64,000 nucleotides of DNA. Origin: Candidatus Poribacteria bacterium. GTDB taxonomy: Bacteria; Poribacteria; WGA-4E; WGA-3G. Under the pieces are notes generated by a model, which was not told the DNA's origin, ran no database searches, and saw only the letters and a program-made list of their open reading frames with translations. The position numbers were made by a program, and so were the translations under genes. Shown here piece by piece: positions 38,728-47,520 of this stretch (the stretch's first letter is position 1; the number at the start of each line of letters is the position of its first letter). Where the stretch lies: positions 3,589,052 through 3,653,051 of the forward strand of contig OZ242381.1 of assembly GCA_965209095.1 (NCBI GenBank), in the 5' to 3' direction.

Positions 38728-41700
38728 ATGAGGTGGTTTGTTTTGATTCGATTGCTAAAATTTGTTTACATTTTATCATTGGTTTTCTGCATTAATATAG
38801 TTGAGTACGCAGCAGCATTTGAACAGATGAAAAGTTACACTGTAGCAGATGGTCTGGTAGGTCCTATAGTACCTATTATTTACCAAGATAGTCGTGGTGT
38901 TCTTTGGTTTGGTTCAGATAGAGGTGGTGTCAGTAGCTATGATGGTAATAATTTTGTTCCTTATACTGACTTTGTTGTTAATGATAATGAGAAAACCGAA
39001 GAGTTCCGCGGCAGAACTAAAACTATTGTTGAGGATAAGTGGGGGTATATTTGGTGTTTGAGTAAACATCCGGCAGAAGGTAGCGGTGTTATCAGTAGAT
39101 ATAATGGAACAGATTTTGAAAAGATATCTGTTGGCAATTGCTTAGCTGTAGATAATGGTGGAGATATTTGGGTTGGTAGTGACAATGCAATTACACGTTA
39201 TAAATCACTCAACATGCAAGATCCTCCATTAGAATTTACACAAGTTATTAGTGGTGCTTCTGTTGCCATAATCAATGTAATTTTTCAAAGTAAAGACGGC
39301 ACATACTGGATAGGTGGACACGATGCAAAAGGTGCGCTAATTATGAAGTTCCACACTGATCTGAATATGTGGCAAATTGGAAACTTAGAACGGGTTGAAA
39401 ATATTCCAAATGCTCCAAAAGACCGTGCGATACAGACGATTATGCAAGACCGGAATGACGTTCTCTGGTTTGGGGGGCAATCACTACTATTTAGTTATGA
39501 TGGCGATCAATTCAAGGATATACTTAGCACATCTACAGAGACACAAAGCGGGAAACCTCAAACGACTACTTTTAATGATGAGACAAATGTATCGGTAAAG
39601 AGCGATGTATACGGAAGAATATGGTACAGTGATAATAGACAATTGAGTTGGTGGGATGGTAATACACTAAAACGTTTTAGAAAATATAACCCAAATTCAA
39701 CCCAAAATATGTATATGCAAGGTTCCTTTGAAATTGAAGATGCGTGGAACAATCTATGGTTTGCATCTGAAATGGGAGCTCATGCTTATGACAGCAAGTA
39801 TTTTGAAGAAGAAGAGAACAGCCTCTTTCAATTGGAGGCAGCACAAACTGAGTCTACAGCGTTACAACCGAAAGTATACGGAGTTGACCGTGGACTCGGC
39901 AGTGACAATATTATCACAATTTTTGAGGCGTTGGACGGTAAAATATGGTTCGGTCATGACAACGGTGTGACATCTTATGAACAACAACCTGTCATTGTGA
40001 ACCACACAACCCGAACAATATTGGGCAGCAATAGTGTTAGATTGATGGAATCAGATAGTACTGGAACTTTATGGCTAAGCATTCCGGGCGGTGTAGCACA
40101 ATATCTTGAAAGTGAAGATTTACTTACGCAACACAATTTAACAAACTTTGTTTATAGGTCTGAATCATTCAGTATTGAGATTAACTTTGATAACAATCCG
40201 AATTTAAATAGACGCACAGAGATATCACATATTTTTGAAGCAGATGGTTATATCTGGTTTATTGATAAACCTATTTTATCTCAAGAGCCACTTACATTAT
40301 ACAGAATTTTCCGATATAAAGATGGAAAATTTGAAAAGCACTCACTTTTCATACAGGCAGATATTGGTCCTGGAGGAGATACAATTCACGTTGATTCGGA
40401 ACCAATTGTTACTTCAAGCAAGGCCCCTTGGATTGTAATAGGAGGGTGGGTTTTCTTACCAAGAGGGAACGGGATGCACCGTCTTTTACCAGATGGCAAA
40501 ATCCGAAGAACATCGTTTAATTCCACAGAAGCATTACCCTCACCATCTGCAGCAGTAACTGCACTTCACACTGACAAACAAGATAGACTATGGTGCTATT
40601 ATGACGATGGAAATGTCAAACGATTTTCAAATATAACGAGACGTGAAAATTATGTGGGAGGTAATATCCACACCGAAGTACTGCAACTCAGTTCTGTCCT
40701 TCCTGTTATAGGTAATTCTGAAACGAATGTAGTCCAATGGTTTTACAATACAGTGAGTGGACAGTTGATGTATTGGCAGAATCCTGACAACAGAAATACA
40801 TTGACAGAACTTCCCGGAGCCGCAAGCGGTGCACCACTATTGGCTATTCAAACTACTTCATCTTCTCAAGGCACTTCTGAATCAGTTATTTTAGTTTTTC
40901 ATGACGGTATTAAAACATATCAAGGTGCAGAGTTGAGAAACGCTGTTTCTGTTGTAATTGAAAAGGTTAATGGGGCAATCACATCTACTGATGGTAATCT
41001 TTGGTTAGCTACATCACAAGGAGCCATCCAGTATAATGAACAGGAAGCCATAACATACACAACAACTACAGACGGTTTCCTTGTTGATGACTTACGTGAT
41101 GTCCATGAAGACCATTGGGGTAATATATGGTTTGCTACATGGGGTGGTGGTGTTGTCAGATATGATGGCAACGCATTCCAATCTGTTACGACCAAGGACG
41201 GGCTCATCCACAATAACGTATCAAGTATCCATGCTGCAAACGAAAAGGAATTGTGGTTTGGTACTGAAGGTGGAGCAACGCAGTATCGTGCAAATCTTGG
41301 GGCACTACCGTTTTGTCGTATCGTCTCTGTTGATGCAGGCAAGTCGTTCACTGAACCGTTTAGTAAAGAAACTGGTAATCAGATGATTACTGAAATTGAA
41401 GAACTGCTTCCCGCACACCTTAAAGATATAACTATCCATTTTCAAGGTATAAATCCACTCCGAGATGAAATGGAATATAAATTTAGATTAATTGGAATTG
41501 ATGACATTGTATGGTCAAGCATTCTATCTGCTGAGCAACAGGTTTCCAGTGAAAGAACTTTAGGTGGAGATGTACAGCAGTTTTATCAGCCACAACAGAT
41601 AGGTGAAACGGGCAGCTTTCCAAATATTCGTTATGAAGGCTTAAAATCAGGGAAATATACTTTTATGATAAAAGCGTTTCGTAAAGGGTGGCCCTATACA

Positions 41701-42621
41701 CAACAACCTGCGGTCCTAAATTTTACCATTGATCAGCCAATTTGGTCTCGATGGCGTAATTATCTCCCAACTCTGATTTTTGTGGCCGCAGTGGGTTCAT
41801 TGCTCTTTAGATTGATCGTAAATAGAAGACAGACGGCTCAATTACAACTTGAAATGCGTGAGAAAGAAGAGGCAGAAGTTCAACGAATACGGGCTGAGTT
41901 GAATGAAGCACAAAATATACAAACGGGGCTCCTGCCTATTGAAGCTCCAGATACAAGTGATTTTGATATTTCAGGTAGATCAATTCCCGCTACACAAGTG
42001 GGCGGTGATTTCTTTGACTATTTGACTGTGGCAAACGGGCAAACTGCAATCGCTGTTGCTGATGCTGCTGGTAAAGGTATCCGTGGTGCCATGAATGCGG
42101 TGTTAACAAACGGTATGCTACACGAAGTCGCACGATATAAATCTGAGGCGGATGTCATACTGACCGATCTCAATGCAGGTTTGTCCCCACGTATGTACGG
42201 CCCCAGTTTTATTGCTCTCAACTTAGCAGTCCTGAATGAATCCGATAAAAGTGTCGATTATGCAAACGGTGGACAACCTTATCCTATTCTCAAAAGAGGG
42301 GATCAAATCATTGAAATTGAGACCAGCGATCTTCCGTTGGGAAGTAGGAAAAACGTCGAATATGAATCTGCTACATTTGATCTAAATGAGAATGAATTTT
42401 TGATCTTTCATTCCGACGGTTTGATTGAAGCCCTCAACTCACAACAGGATATGTACGGAACAGAAAGACTAAACGATCTGATTGCAAAGGTCCCAAGTGA
42501 AAGTAGTGCTGAAGAAATGATACAGCATATCTTTGACGATGTGCAGGAATTTGTTCAGGAGGCAGAACAATACGATGATATGACGCTTGTCGTTCTCAAG
42601 CGGATATCGGTGTCTGAATAA
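38728..42621 (+). CDS. Membrane sensor: two-component-regulator beta-propeller, Y_Y_Y-like domain, TM helix, PP2C/SpoIIE phosphatase
   Basis: Repeated DxxGxLWFG; YEGLKSGKYTFMIKA; VGGDFFDY, ADAAGKG, SDGLIEA, DDMT. Confidence 0.88.
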   Translation: MRWFVLIRLLKFVYILSLVFCINIVEYAAAFEQMKSYTVADGLVGPIVPIIYQDSRGVLWFGSDRGGVSSYDGNNFVPYTDFVVNDNEKTEEFRGRTKTIVEDKWGYIWCLSKHPAEGSGVISRYNGTDFEKISVGNCLAVDNGGDIWVGSDNAITRYKSLNMQDPPLEFTQVISGASVAIINVIFQSKDGTYWIGGHDAKGALIMKFHTDLNMWQIGNLERVENIPNAPKDRAIQTIMQDRNDVLWFGGQSLLFSYDGDQFKDILSTSTETQSGKPQTTTFNDETNVSVKSDVYGRIWYSDNRQLSWWDGNTLKRFRKYNPNSTQNMYMQGSFEIEDAWNNLWFASEMGAHAYDSKYFEEEENSLFQLEAAQTESTALQPKVYGVDRGLGSDNIITIFEALDGKIWFGHDNGVTSYEQQPVIVNHTTRTILGSNSVRLMESDSTGTLWLSIPGGVAQYLESEDLLTQHNLTNFVYRSESFSIEINFDNNPNLNRRTEISHIFEADGYIWFIDKPILSQEPLTLYRIFRYKDGKFEKHSLFIQADIGPGGDTIHVDSEPIVTSSKAPWIVIGGWVFLPRGNGMHRLLPDGKIRRTSFNSTEALPSPSAAVTALHTDKQDRLWCYYDDGNVKRFSNITRRENYVGGNIHTEVLQLSSVLPVIGNSETNVVQWFYNTVSGQLMYWQNPDNRNTLTELPGAASGAPLLAIQTTSSSQGTSESVILVFHDGIKTYQGAELRNAVSVVIEKVNGAITSTDGNLWLATSQGAIQYNEQEAITYTTTTDGFLVDDLRDVHEDHWGNIWFATWGGGVVRYDGNAFQSVTTKDGLIHNNVSSIHAANEKELWFGTEGGATQYRANLGALPFCRIVSVDAGKSFTEPFSKETGNQMITEIEELLPAHLKDITIHFQGINPLRDEMEYKFRLIGIDDIVWSSILSAEQQVSSERTLGGDVQQFYQPQQIGETGSFPNIRYEGLKSGKYTFMIKAFRKGWPYTQQPAVLNFTIDQPIWSRWRNYLPTLIFVAAVGSLLFRLIVNRRQTAQLQLEMREKEEAEVQRIRAELNEAQNIQTGLLPIEAPDTSDFDISGRSIPATQVGGDFFDYLTVANGQTAIAVADAAGKGIRGAMNAVLTNGMLHEVARYKSEADVILTDLNAGLSPRMYGPSFIALNLAVLNESDKSVDYANGGQPYPILKRGDQIIEIETSDLPLGSRKNVEYESATFDLNENEFLIFHSDGLIEALNSQQDMYGTERLNDLIAKVPSESSAEEMIQHIFDDVQEFVQEAEQYDDMTLVVLKRISVSE

Positions 42622-42625
42622 AATT

Positions 42626-42759
42626 CGGGACTTAGGCATTTCCCCCTTGATAAGGGGGGCAGGGGGGTTAAATAGTGCGAAATTTCAGTGTCTTTAGTCT
42701 TGTTAACCCCCTAAATCCCCCTTATCAAAGGGACTTTAAGAGAAAATGCGTCCGTTCCG
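42626..42759. mobile_element. CAGGACTTACGCA-family MITE variant
   Basis: Internal sequence matches the 132-bp copies; flanked by a TAAAATT direct repeat. Confidence 0.75.
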
Positions 42760-42771
42760 TAAAATTTTAAT

Positions 42772-42799
42772 TTGACAAAACTGAACTTTTTTATATAAT
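42772..42799 (+). promoter_or_regulatory. sigma70 promoter
   Basis: TTGACA-16-TATAAT. Confidence 0.65.
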
Positions 42800-43052
42800 T
42801 TTGAACAAAATTCGTAAAAATATTGCCCTTTTCTTGAAAAATAATTTGACATTAATCGAGATTTAGGTAATAATAACTAAAATTGCAAGTTTAATATAGG
42901 GGTTTTTGAGATGAAGAAGCGACATGTGAACACCACAATTCAGATTCAGAAAATGTCCGCGCCGAGTGTTCATGACATGTCCATGCTTCAGTTTAACTAT
43001 AAGTTAATACCCCCCGTACTTCACATTCGTTAATTTTACAGAACAATATCTT

Positions 43053-43082
43053 ATCGCAGGAATTCTATGCTGCGATTTTTTT
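43053..43082 (+). terminator. Intrinsic terminator upstream of the methyltransferase
   Basis: ATCGCAG-10nt-CTGCGAT followed by a T run. Confidence 0.55.
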
Positions 43083-43228
43083 ATGCCCGCACGATATATT
43101 TCGTCGCGGGCTATTGTTGTTGCATCACACTTTTTTTGGACAAGTGATGCAACTTTTTTGTTTGAAAATAACAGGAGAACATGGTACTATATTCACATCT
43201 CCTGTTATTGTTATAAATAAAGGAAGAC

Positions 43229-43810
43229 ATGAAAGGTTCACACAACGGTAAATTTGAAACGTTTCCGAGAACACCTGTAGATCGCTTTCTTGAATCACTG
43301 CGATTTGCGAAAGCAAAACCGCATATCCCACAAGGGGCATGCCTCTTAGATATAGGCGCGGGAGACGGTGCATTCTTACGGTCCCTCAGCGGACATATCC
43401 ATTCCGGTGTAGGTATCGAAGCAAATTTAACGCAATCTGTTGAATTTGAGGATTACCGTCTTGTGAAAGGAGACTTTCCGAAAGACTTCTCCGAAGACAG
43501 AACCTTTGATGTCATTACGATGTTAGCAACTGTTGAACATATCCCGATGGACAGCCTCCCAGAGGTCGCAGATGTATGTTGGGATTACCTCAAACCGGGT
43601 GGGCAGGTTGTTATCACTGTGCCTCACCCCCGAATGGATGGACTTCTCATGTTGCTGAAGAAACTCCAATTAGTTGAGGGATTCTCAATGCATCAGCATT
43701 ACGGATTTGATCCGGAATGTCTACCAGATATTTTCAACCGTTGGCAACTTGTGAAAAGAGAACGTTGGGGATTCGGATGCAATAACCTTTTCCTTTTTGG
43801 AAAACCTTGA
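43229..43810 (+). CDS. Class I SAM-dependent methyltransferase
   Basis: LLDIGAGDG, FDVITMLATVEH, LKPGGQVVITVP. Confidence 0.9.
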   Translation: MKGSHNGKFETFPRTPVDRFLESLRFAKAKPHIPQGACLLDIGAGDGAFLRSLSGHIHSGVGIEANLTQSVEFEDYRLVKGDFPKDFSEDRTFDVITMLATVEHIPMDSLPEVADVCWDYLKPGGQVVITVPHPRMDGLLMLLKKLQLVEGFSMHQHYGFDPECLPDIFNRWQLVKRERWGFGCNNLFLFGKP

Positions 43811-43907
43811 TTGCTACCCCGACTATGGTGTCCTAAGACACTGCATTTTATAACAAAATGGACTGTGGAAGATGTCCAACGGTCCACTGATAATAAGGAG
43901 ATAGAAA

Positions 43908-44372
43908 ATGCGTTTTAAGAATTTTACAATTACTTTAACTCTTATTTGTTTGTCTGTTATAGCATTTGCTGGATTGGTACTTCTGCCGATTACAAATGGA
44001 ATATGTGCTTCGTGGACATATAAGAGTGTTGGTAGGGTTAATTCTGGAGTTTTAAATGTTAATTATAAGATGGACTTAGTTGGTCGGGGTTGGAGTCTAA
44101 CTGGACATTTGAGTGCTGGGCCTGGTGCTGCTATAGCTTCTGCCGCTCCAGAGATTGATGGAGAAAATGATTTCACAGAAACACATGCTTGGATCGGATA
44201 TGCAAATGCTTATGCAAGTAGAGAGAAATGTCATGAATATAGATTGAAATCGTGGTCTATAAGGTATCACGAAAAAGTTACCATTCCCGCGAAAGAAAGT
44301 TATTCCACTGGCGATCTTCGGGCAAAAGTAGTTGTTGGAACGCGGGCATGGGCAACGGGTGAGGTAAAATAA
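43908..44372 (+). CDS. Hypothetical secreted protein
   Basis: AAGGAG RBS, long signal peptide or anchor. Confidence 0.65.
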   Translation: MRFKNFTITLTLICLSVIAFAGLVLLPITNGICASWTYKSVGRVNSGVLNVNYKMDLVGRGWSLTGHLSAGPGAAIASAAPEIDGENDFTETHAWIGYANAYASREKCHEYRLKSWSIRYHEKVTIPAKESYSTGDLRAKVVVGTRAWATGEVK

Positions 44373-44464
44373 GATCCAATCCAGATACGAAAATTAGTCT
44401 GACTGCACCACTGGGAGTATTTGGGGGAGTAGGAAGTGAGATTAACTTCTCTGGAGGTATCTAC

Positions 44465-44743
44465 GTGCAAATTGACCAGGTAGAGGTAACTGGTCACATT
44501 GACACTCCCGTGGATGTTTCTGAGGTTCAGATAGCTCAGGTATTAGGTTCGTCACGTGCCAGAAAGAGTGCCAAGATAAACTCCTTCTGGTTTGGCACGC
44601 AATCGATAGATGCTGGAGAACAAGTAGTTGATACAACGCTTCGTGAAAATCATGATAATGGCAGTGTAAACTACGTACCTCCACCTCGAGACGTTATTTT
44701 TGTTGAAGGTAGTAGGGGATGGATAGCTATACCTGTACATTAA
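44465..44743 (+). CDS. Small hypothetical protein
   Basis: GGAGGT RBS with GTG start; beta-rich composition. Confidence 0.55.
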   Translation: MQIDQVEVTGHIDTPVDVSEVQIAQVLGSSRARKSAKINSFWFGTQSIDAGEQVVDTTLRENHDNGSVNYVPPPRDVIFVEGSRGWIAIPVH

Positions 44744-44788
44744 GAGTCTAATACACATTCAACAATGCCTGAATTAAAGATACATGAA

Positions 44789-44966
44789 GAGTGTGCATAA
44801 ATAATGTAATTTCAGAATACAGTTAAAAGTGGTAGGTATACACCGTGTACTGTAACAAAAATTCAAAACTGACAATGAATTCTGCTACAAATGGGATATA
44901 TACGATAAAGATCCATTTGAAATACGACACTGTCTATGTTGATTGACCATGTATTTATGCACACCC
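44789..44966. repeat. Possible degenerate MITE
   Basis: 13-bp perfect IR GTGTGCATAAATA / TATTTATGCACAC; no TSD. Confidence 0.4.
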
Positions 44967-45254
44967 TCAGTTACATAGTATTTCTAATAGTGGTTATTTT
45001 TTTACCTAAACAGAATGTATAGTGAACATTGAGAATAACGATACAGATTTTCCGCAGGACGATCTCCGAATCGCGACATAACTCAGCGATAGACGGAAAT
45101 TGGAGTCCTCTCCTACATCCCATAACGTCCTGTTAATCCTAAAGATTACTAATAGGAGAATATGAGGTAAATTGTAGGTCAATACATAGATGTAAACCAC
45201 TGCAAACGGTTTTGGTCTTCCTAAATCGTATAGTATTTAGAAGGAAAATGAAAA

Positions 45255-46829
45255 ATGAAACATAAAAGGTTATATATATTATTTCTAATTTTATTAACAA
45301 TGGGGACCGCTCTTCTTTTATACTTCCGTTCGGATTCACGCACTGCTTTGGTGAAACGTGTTCTTCCCTTCTCACAGGATAACAGTGAGGCAGCCCTTTT
45401 ACGGTTACATCCGCTTGCATCAGACGCAGCAATTAAGGCTACACACAAGCAGACCGTGGAGACATGGGAAGAATGGATTGACGCAAGAACTGAAGCCTGG
45501 TTAGGCGTTCAGGTAAAACACGGTGTATTAAAGACACAAGCAGAGATCGCAGCAAAACGTCCAGAGATCCGTGAAAGAGTAGCGAAGCTGGCAGAAATGT
45601 TCAAACCCTATTTAGACAAACCACCGACAGTAGGTGGAAAACCTCCGTGGCACTTGATACCAGGAGTGATATCACCGATAATCGTTCCTCCTAAGAAGTA
45701 TGAAGGACCACAAACAGTGGAAGGACTTATGGAGGCATTTGATGCAAAATATGTGAAATTCTACCCTGATGCTAGTTCCTATGATGCCTATTACTCCCGA
45801 TCTGAATGGCTTCAGATGCTTTTTGATAAAGGTATGCATTTTGAAAATCGAGACGATTACAACGTACTCCTTAACATCCGGGGATGGGTGATTAATGCCG
45901 AATCACACCCAGAATGGTGGAAGGAAGGAAAGGGTGGTGTTTCACCAACAAATAACTTTGAAACATATAAAAATGAGTATATTGACCGTCAGATATGGCA
46001 ACAGGAAATCTATAAACGTGTCACTACAGAAGACCCGACAGCAACTGGGATTCGCTTCTTTGATGACCGTCCAGATAAGTATCTGGTGACGTACCCTAAT
46101 ACATTATATGTAAATAGAGATGGTTCTGCGACAAGGTTTTGGGGAACGGGTGATAAGGCACGGCTTACCGACGAACAACAGAGGTTACTCATTGAGGAAG
46201 GAGTTCACCCCGAAGGTGTCGATGTTTTCTATGTTGATAATGATTACAATATCCTATCAGAAAAGCCTCCACCTTTTGATATGGAAACCTATATTCGTTC
46301 TCATATAACCGATGAACAACAAGAAGAAGAAGCGATAGAGTTAGAGGAATTTGGGGAAAGGTTGGAATCGGTTGAAGATGGTACAACGTTATCAGAAGAA
46401 CAGTTTAGAGGGAGTGATGAAGAAGTTTGGAGTAGCAGGTTTGATGCTGAGGCAGCCACTCGCGAAGCGACAGCAAAAGCCGAATTTGAAAGATTTCAGA
46501 ACGACATGCGGCAACGCAAAGAATTTGAAACGATGGTAGATAAGGAGGTCTCGCGGGAACTTGCAAAGCAATTTAGTCAACAATTTCTGTCTAAATATTC
46601 GTTGAAGCAGGGTACTTCTAAACAACTTGAAAATGCGTTACAACTCATGTTTCAACACGGGTTTGAGGAAGGTTTCCGCAGAGTCCGGCAGGATAGTCCC
46701 TCAATAGCAGATCAATTAGAGCGTTACTTGGCAGAGACAGAGAGACCATCTGCACCACAGAAAAGACCGCAAAGATCTTCGCCACCAAAGCCATCAGAAT
46801 CAGGACCACCTGAAACTGAAGCACCATAA
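45255..46829 (+). CDS. Hypothetical membrane-anchored protein with Pro-rich tail
   Basis: N-terminal TM; shares a domain with the next gene. Confidence 0.8.
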   Translation: MKHKRLYILFLILLTMGTALLLYFRSDSRTALVKRVLPFSQDNSEAALLRLHPLASDAAIKATHKQTVETWEEWIDARTEAWLGVQVKHGVLKTQAEIAAKRPEIRERVAKLAEMFKPYLDKPPTVGGKPPWHLIPGVISPIIVPPKKYEGPQTVEGLMEAFDAKYVKFYPDASSYDAYYSRSEWLQMLFDKGMHFENRDDYNVLLNIRGWVINAESHPEWWKEGKGGVSPTNNFETYKNEYIDRQIWQQEIYKRVTTEDPTATGIRFFDDRPDKYLVTYPNTLYVNRDGSATRFWGTGDKARLTDEQQRLLIEEGVHPEGVDVFYVDNDYNILSEKPPPFDMETYIRSHITDEQQEEEAIELEEFGERLESVEDGTTLSEEQFRGSDEEVWSSRFDAEAATREATAKAEFERFQNDMRQRKEFETMVDKEVSRELAKQFSQQFLSKYSLKQGTSKQLENALQLMFQHGFEEGFRRVRQDSPSIADQLERYLAETERPSAPQKRPQRSSPPKPSESGPPETEAP

Positions 46830-47410
46830 TGAAAAAACGGATACTTGGAGGTGTTATAGCACTTTTCATTGTTGCCGTGGTGGCAGCCTTCTATCACCAT
46901 AAAACCGATATTGAAGAATTCCAGTGGTATCGGCATTGGGATGAAATAGACCTCTCTACCATCAAAAGAGATTATCAACCTTTCACCGTCCCAGAAATGC
47001 AAGAAATGTGGTCCGATGAGCTGATTATTAAATATGGTGGATCAGAAAGATTCGGACAGTCAATCGGGAAGGCAGTTGACGTTTACCCGCAAAACACGTT
47101 TCTTGCACGCATGCTTGAATTAGGTAGACCTTTTGTTGACTTTTCGGATTATGAAGATACCCTGACAAATCAACGGGTAACGTTATATTCCACACGGGTT
47201 TACTGGGAAAGTATGAGTGCAGCAGAACGGGCAATTTATCTTGCACAGCGCGGTTTTCCACCTGATGCAACTTGGGAACACTATGAGGAAGTCCTGCTTA
47301 AAAATGAAGTTGTTCACAGTATCAATTTCTGGCTTTCAATTGAGCAGGACCCTTATATGAATGGTACAATATTGACAGGACGGACGCAGTTTCTCTTAAA
47401 GTCCCACTGA
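46829..47410 (+). CDS. Hypothetical membrane-anchored protein; C-terminus encoded by a MITE
   Basis: TAATG coupling; last codons lie within the element starting at 47376. Confidence 0.75.
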   Translation: MKKRILGGVIALFIVAVVAAFYHHKTDIEEFQWYRHWDEIDLSTIKRDYQPFTVPEMQEMWSDELIIKYGGSERFGQSIGKAVDVYPQNTFLARMLELGRPFVDFSDYEDTLTNQRVTLYSTRVYWESMSAAERAIYLAQRGFPPDATWEHYEEVLLKNEVVHSINFWLSIEQDPYMNGTILTGRTQFLLKSH

Positions 47411-47493
47411 TAAGGGGATTTAGGGGTTAAATACCTGAAATAACGACTTTTTAACCCCCTAACCCCCTTATCAAGGGGGATGCGTCCGTTTTG
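47376..47493. mobile_element. CAGGACTTACGCA-family MITE variant
   Basis: CAGGACGGACGCA...TGCGTCCGTTTTG ends with the same internal REP pair. Confidence 0.7.
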
Positions 47494-47520
47494 ATAAAGT
47501 TGCTTTGATTATTTCCCACG

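Noticed and set aside
47166-47175. CAAATCAACG as a fifth micro-element
   Set aside because: In frame inside a coding region, with no hairpin and no CGGR junction.
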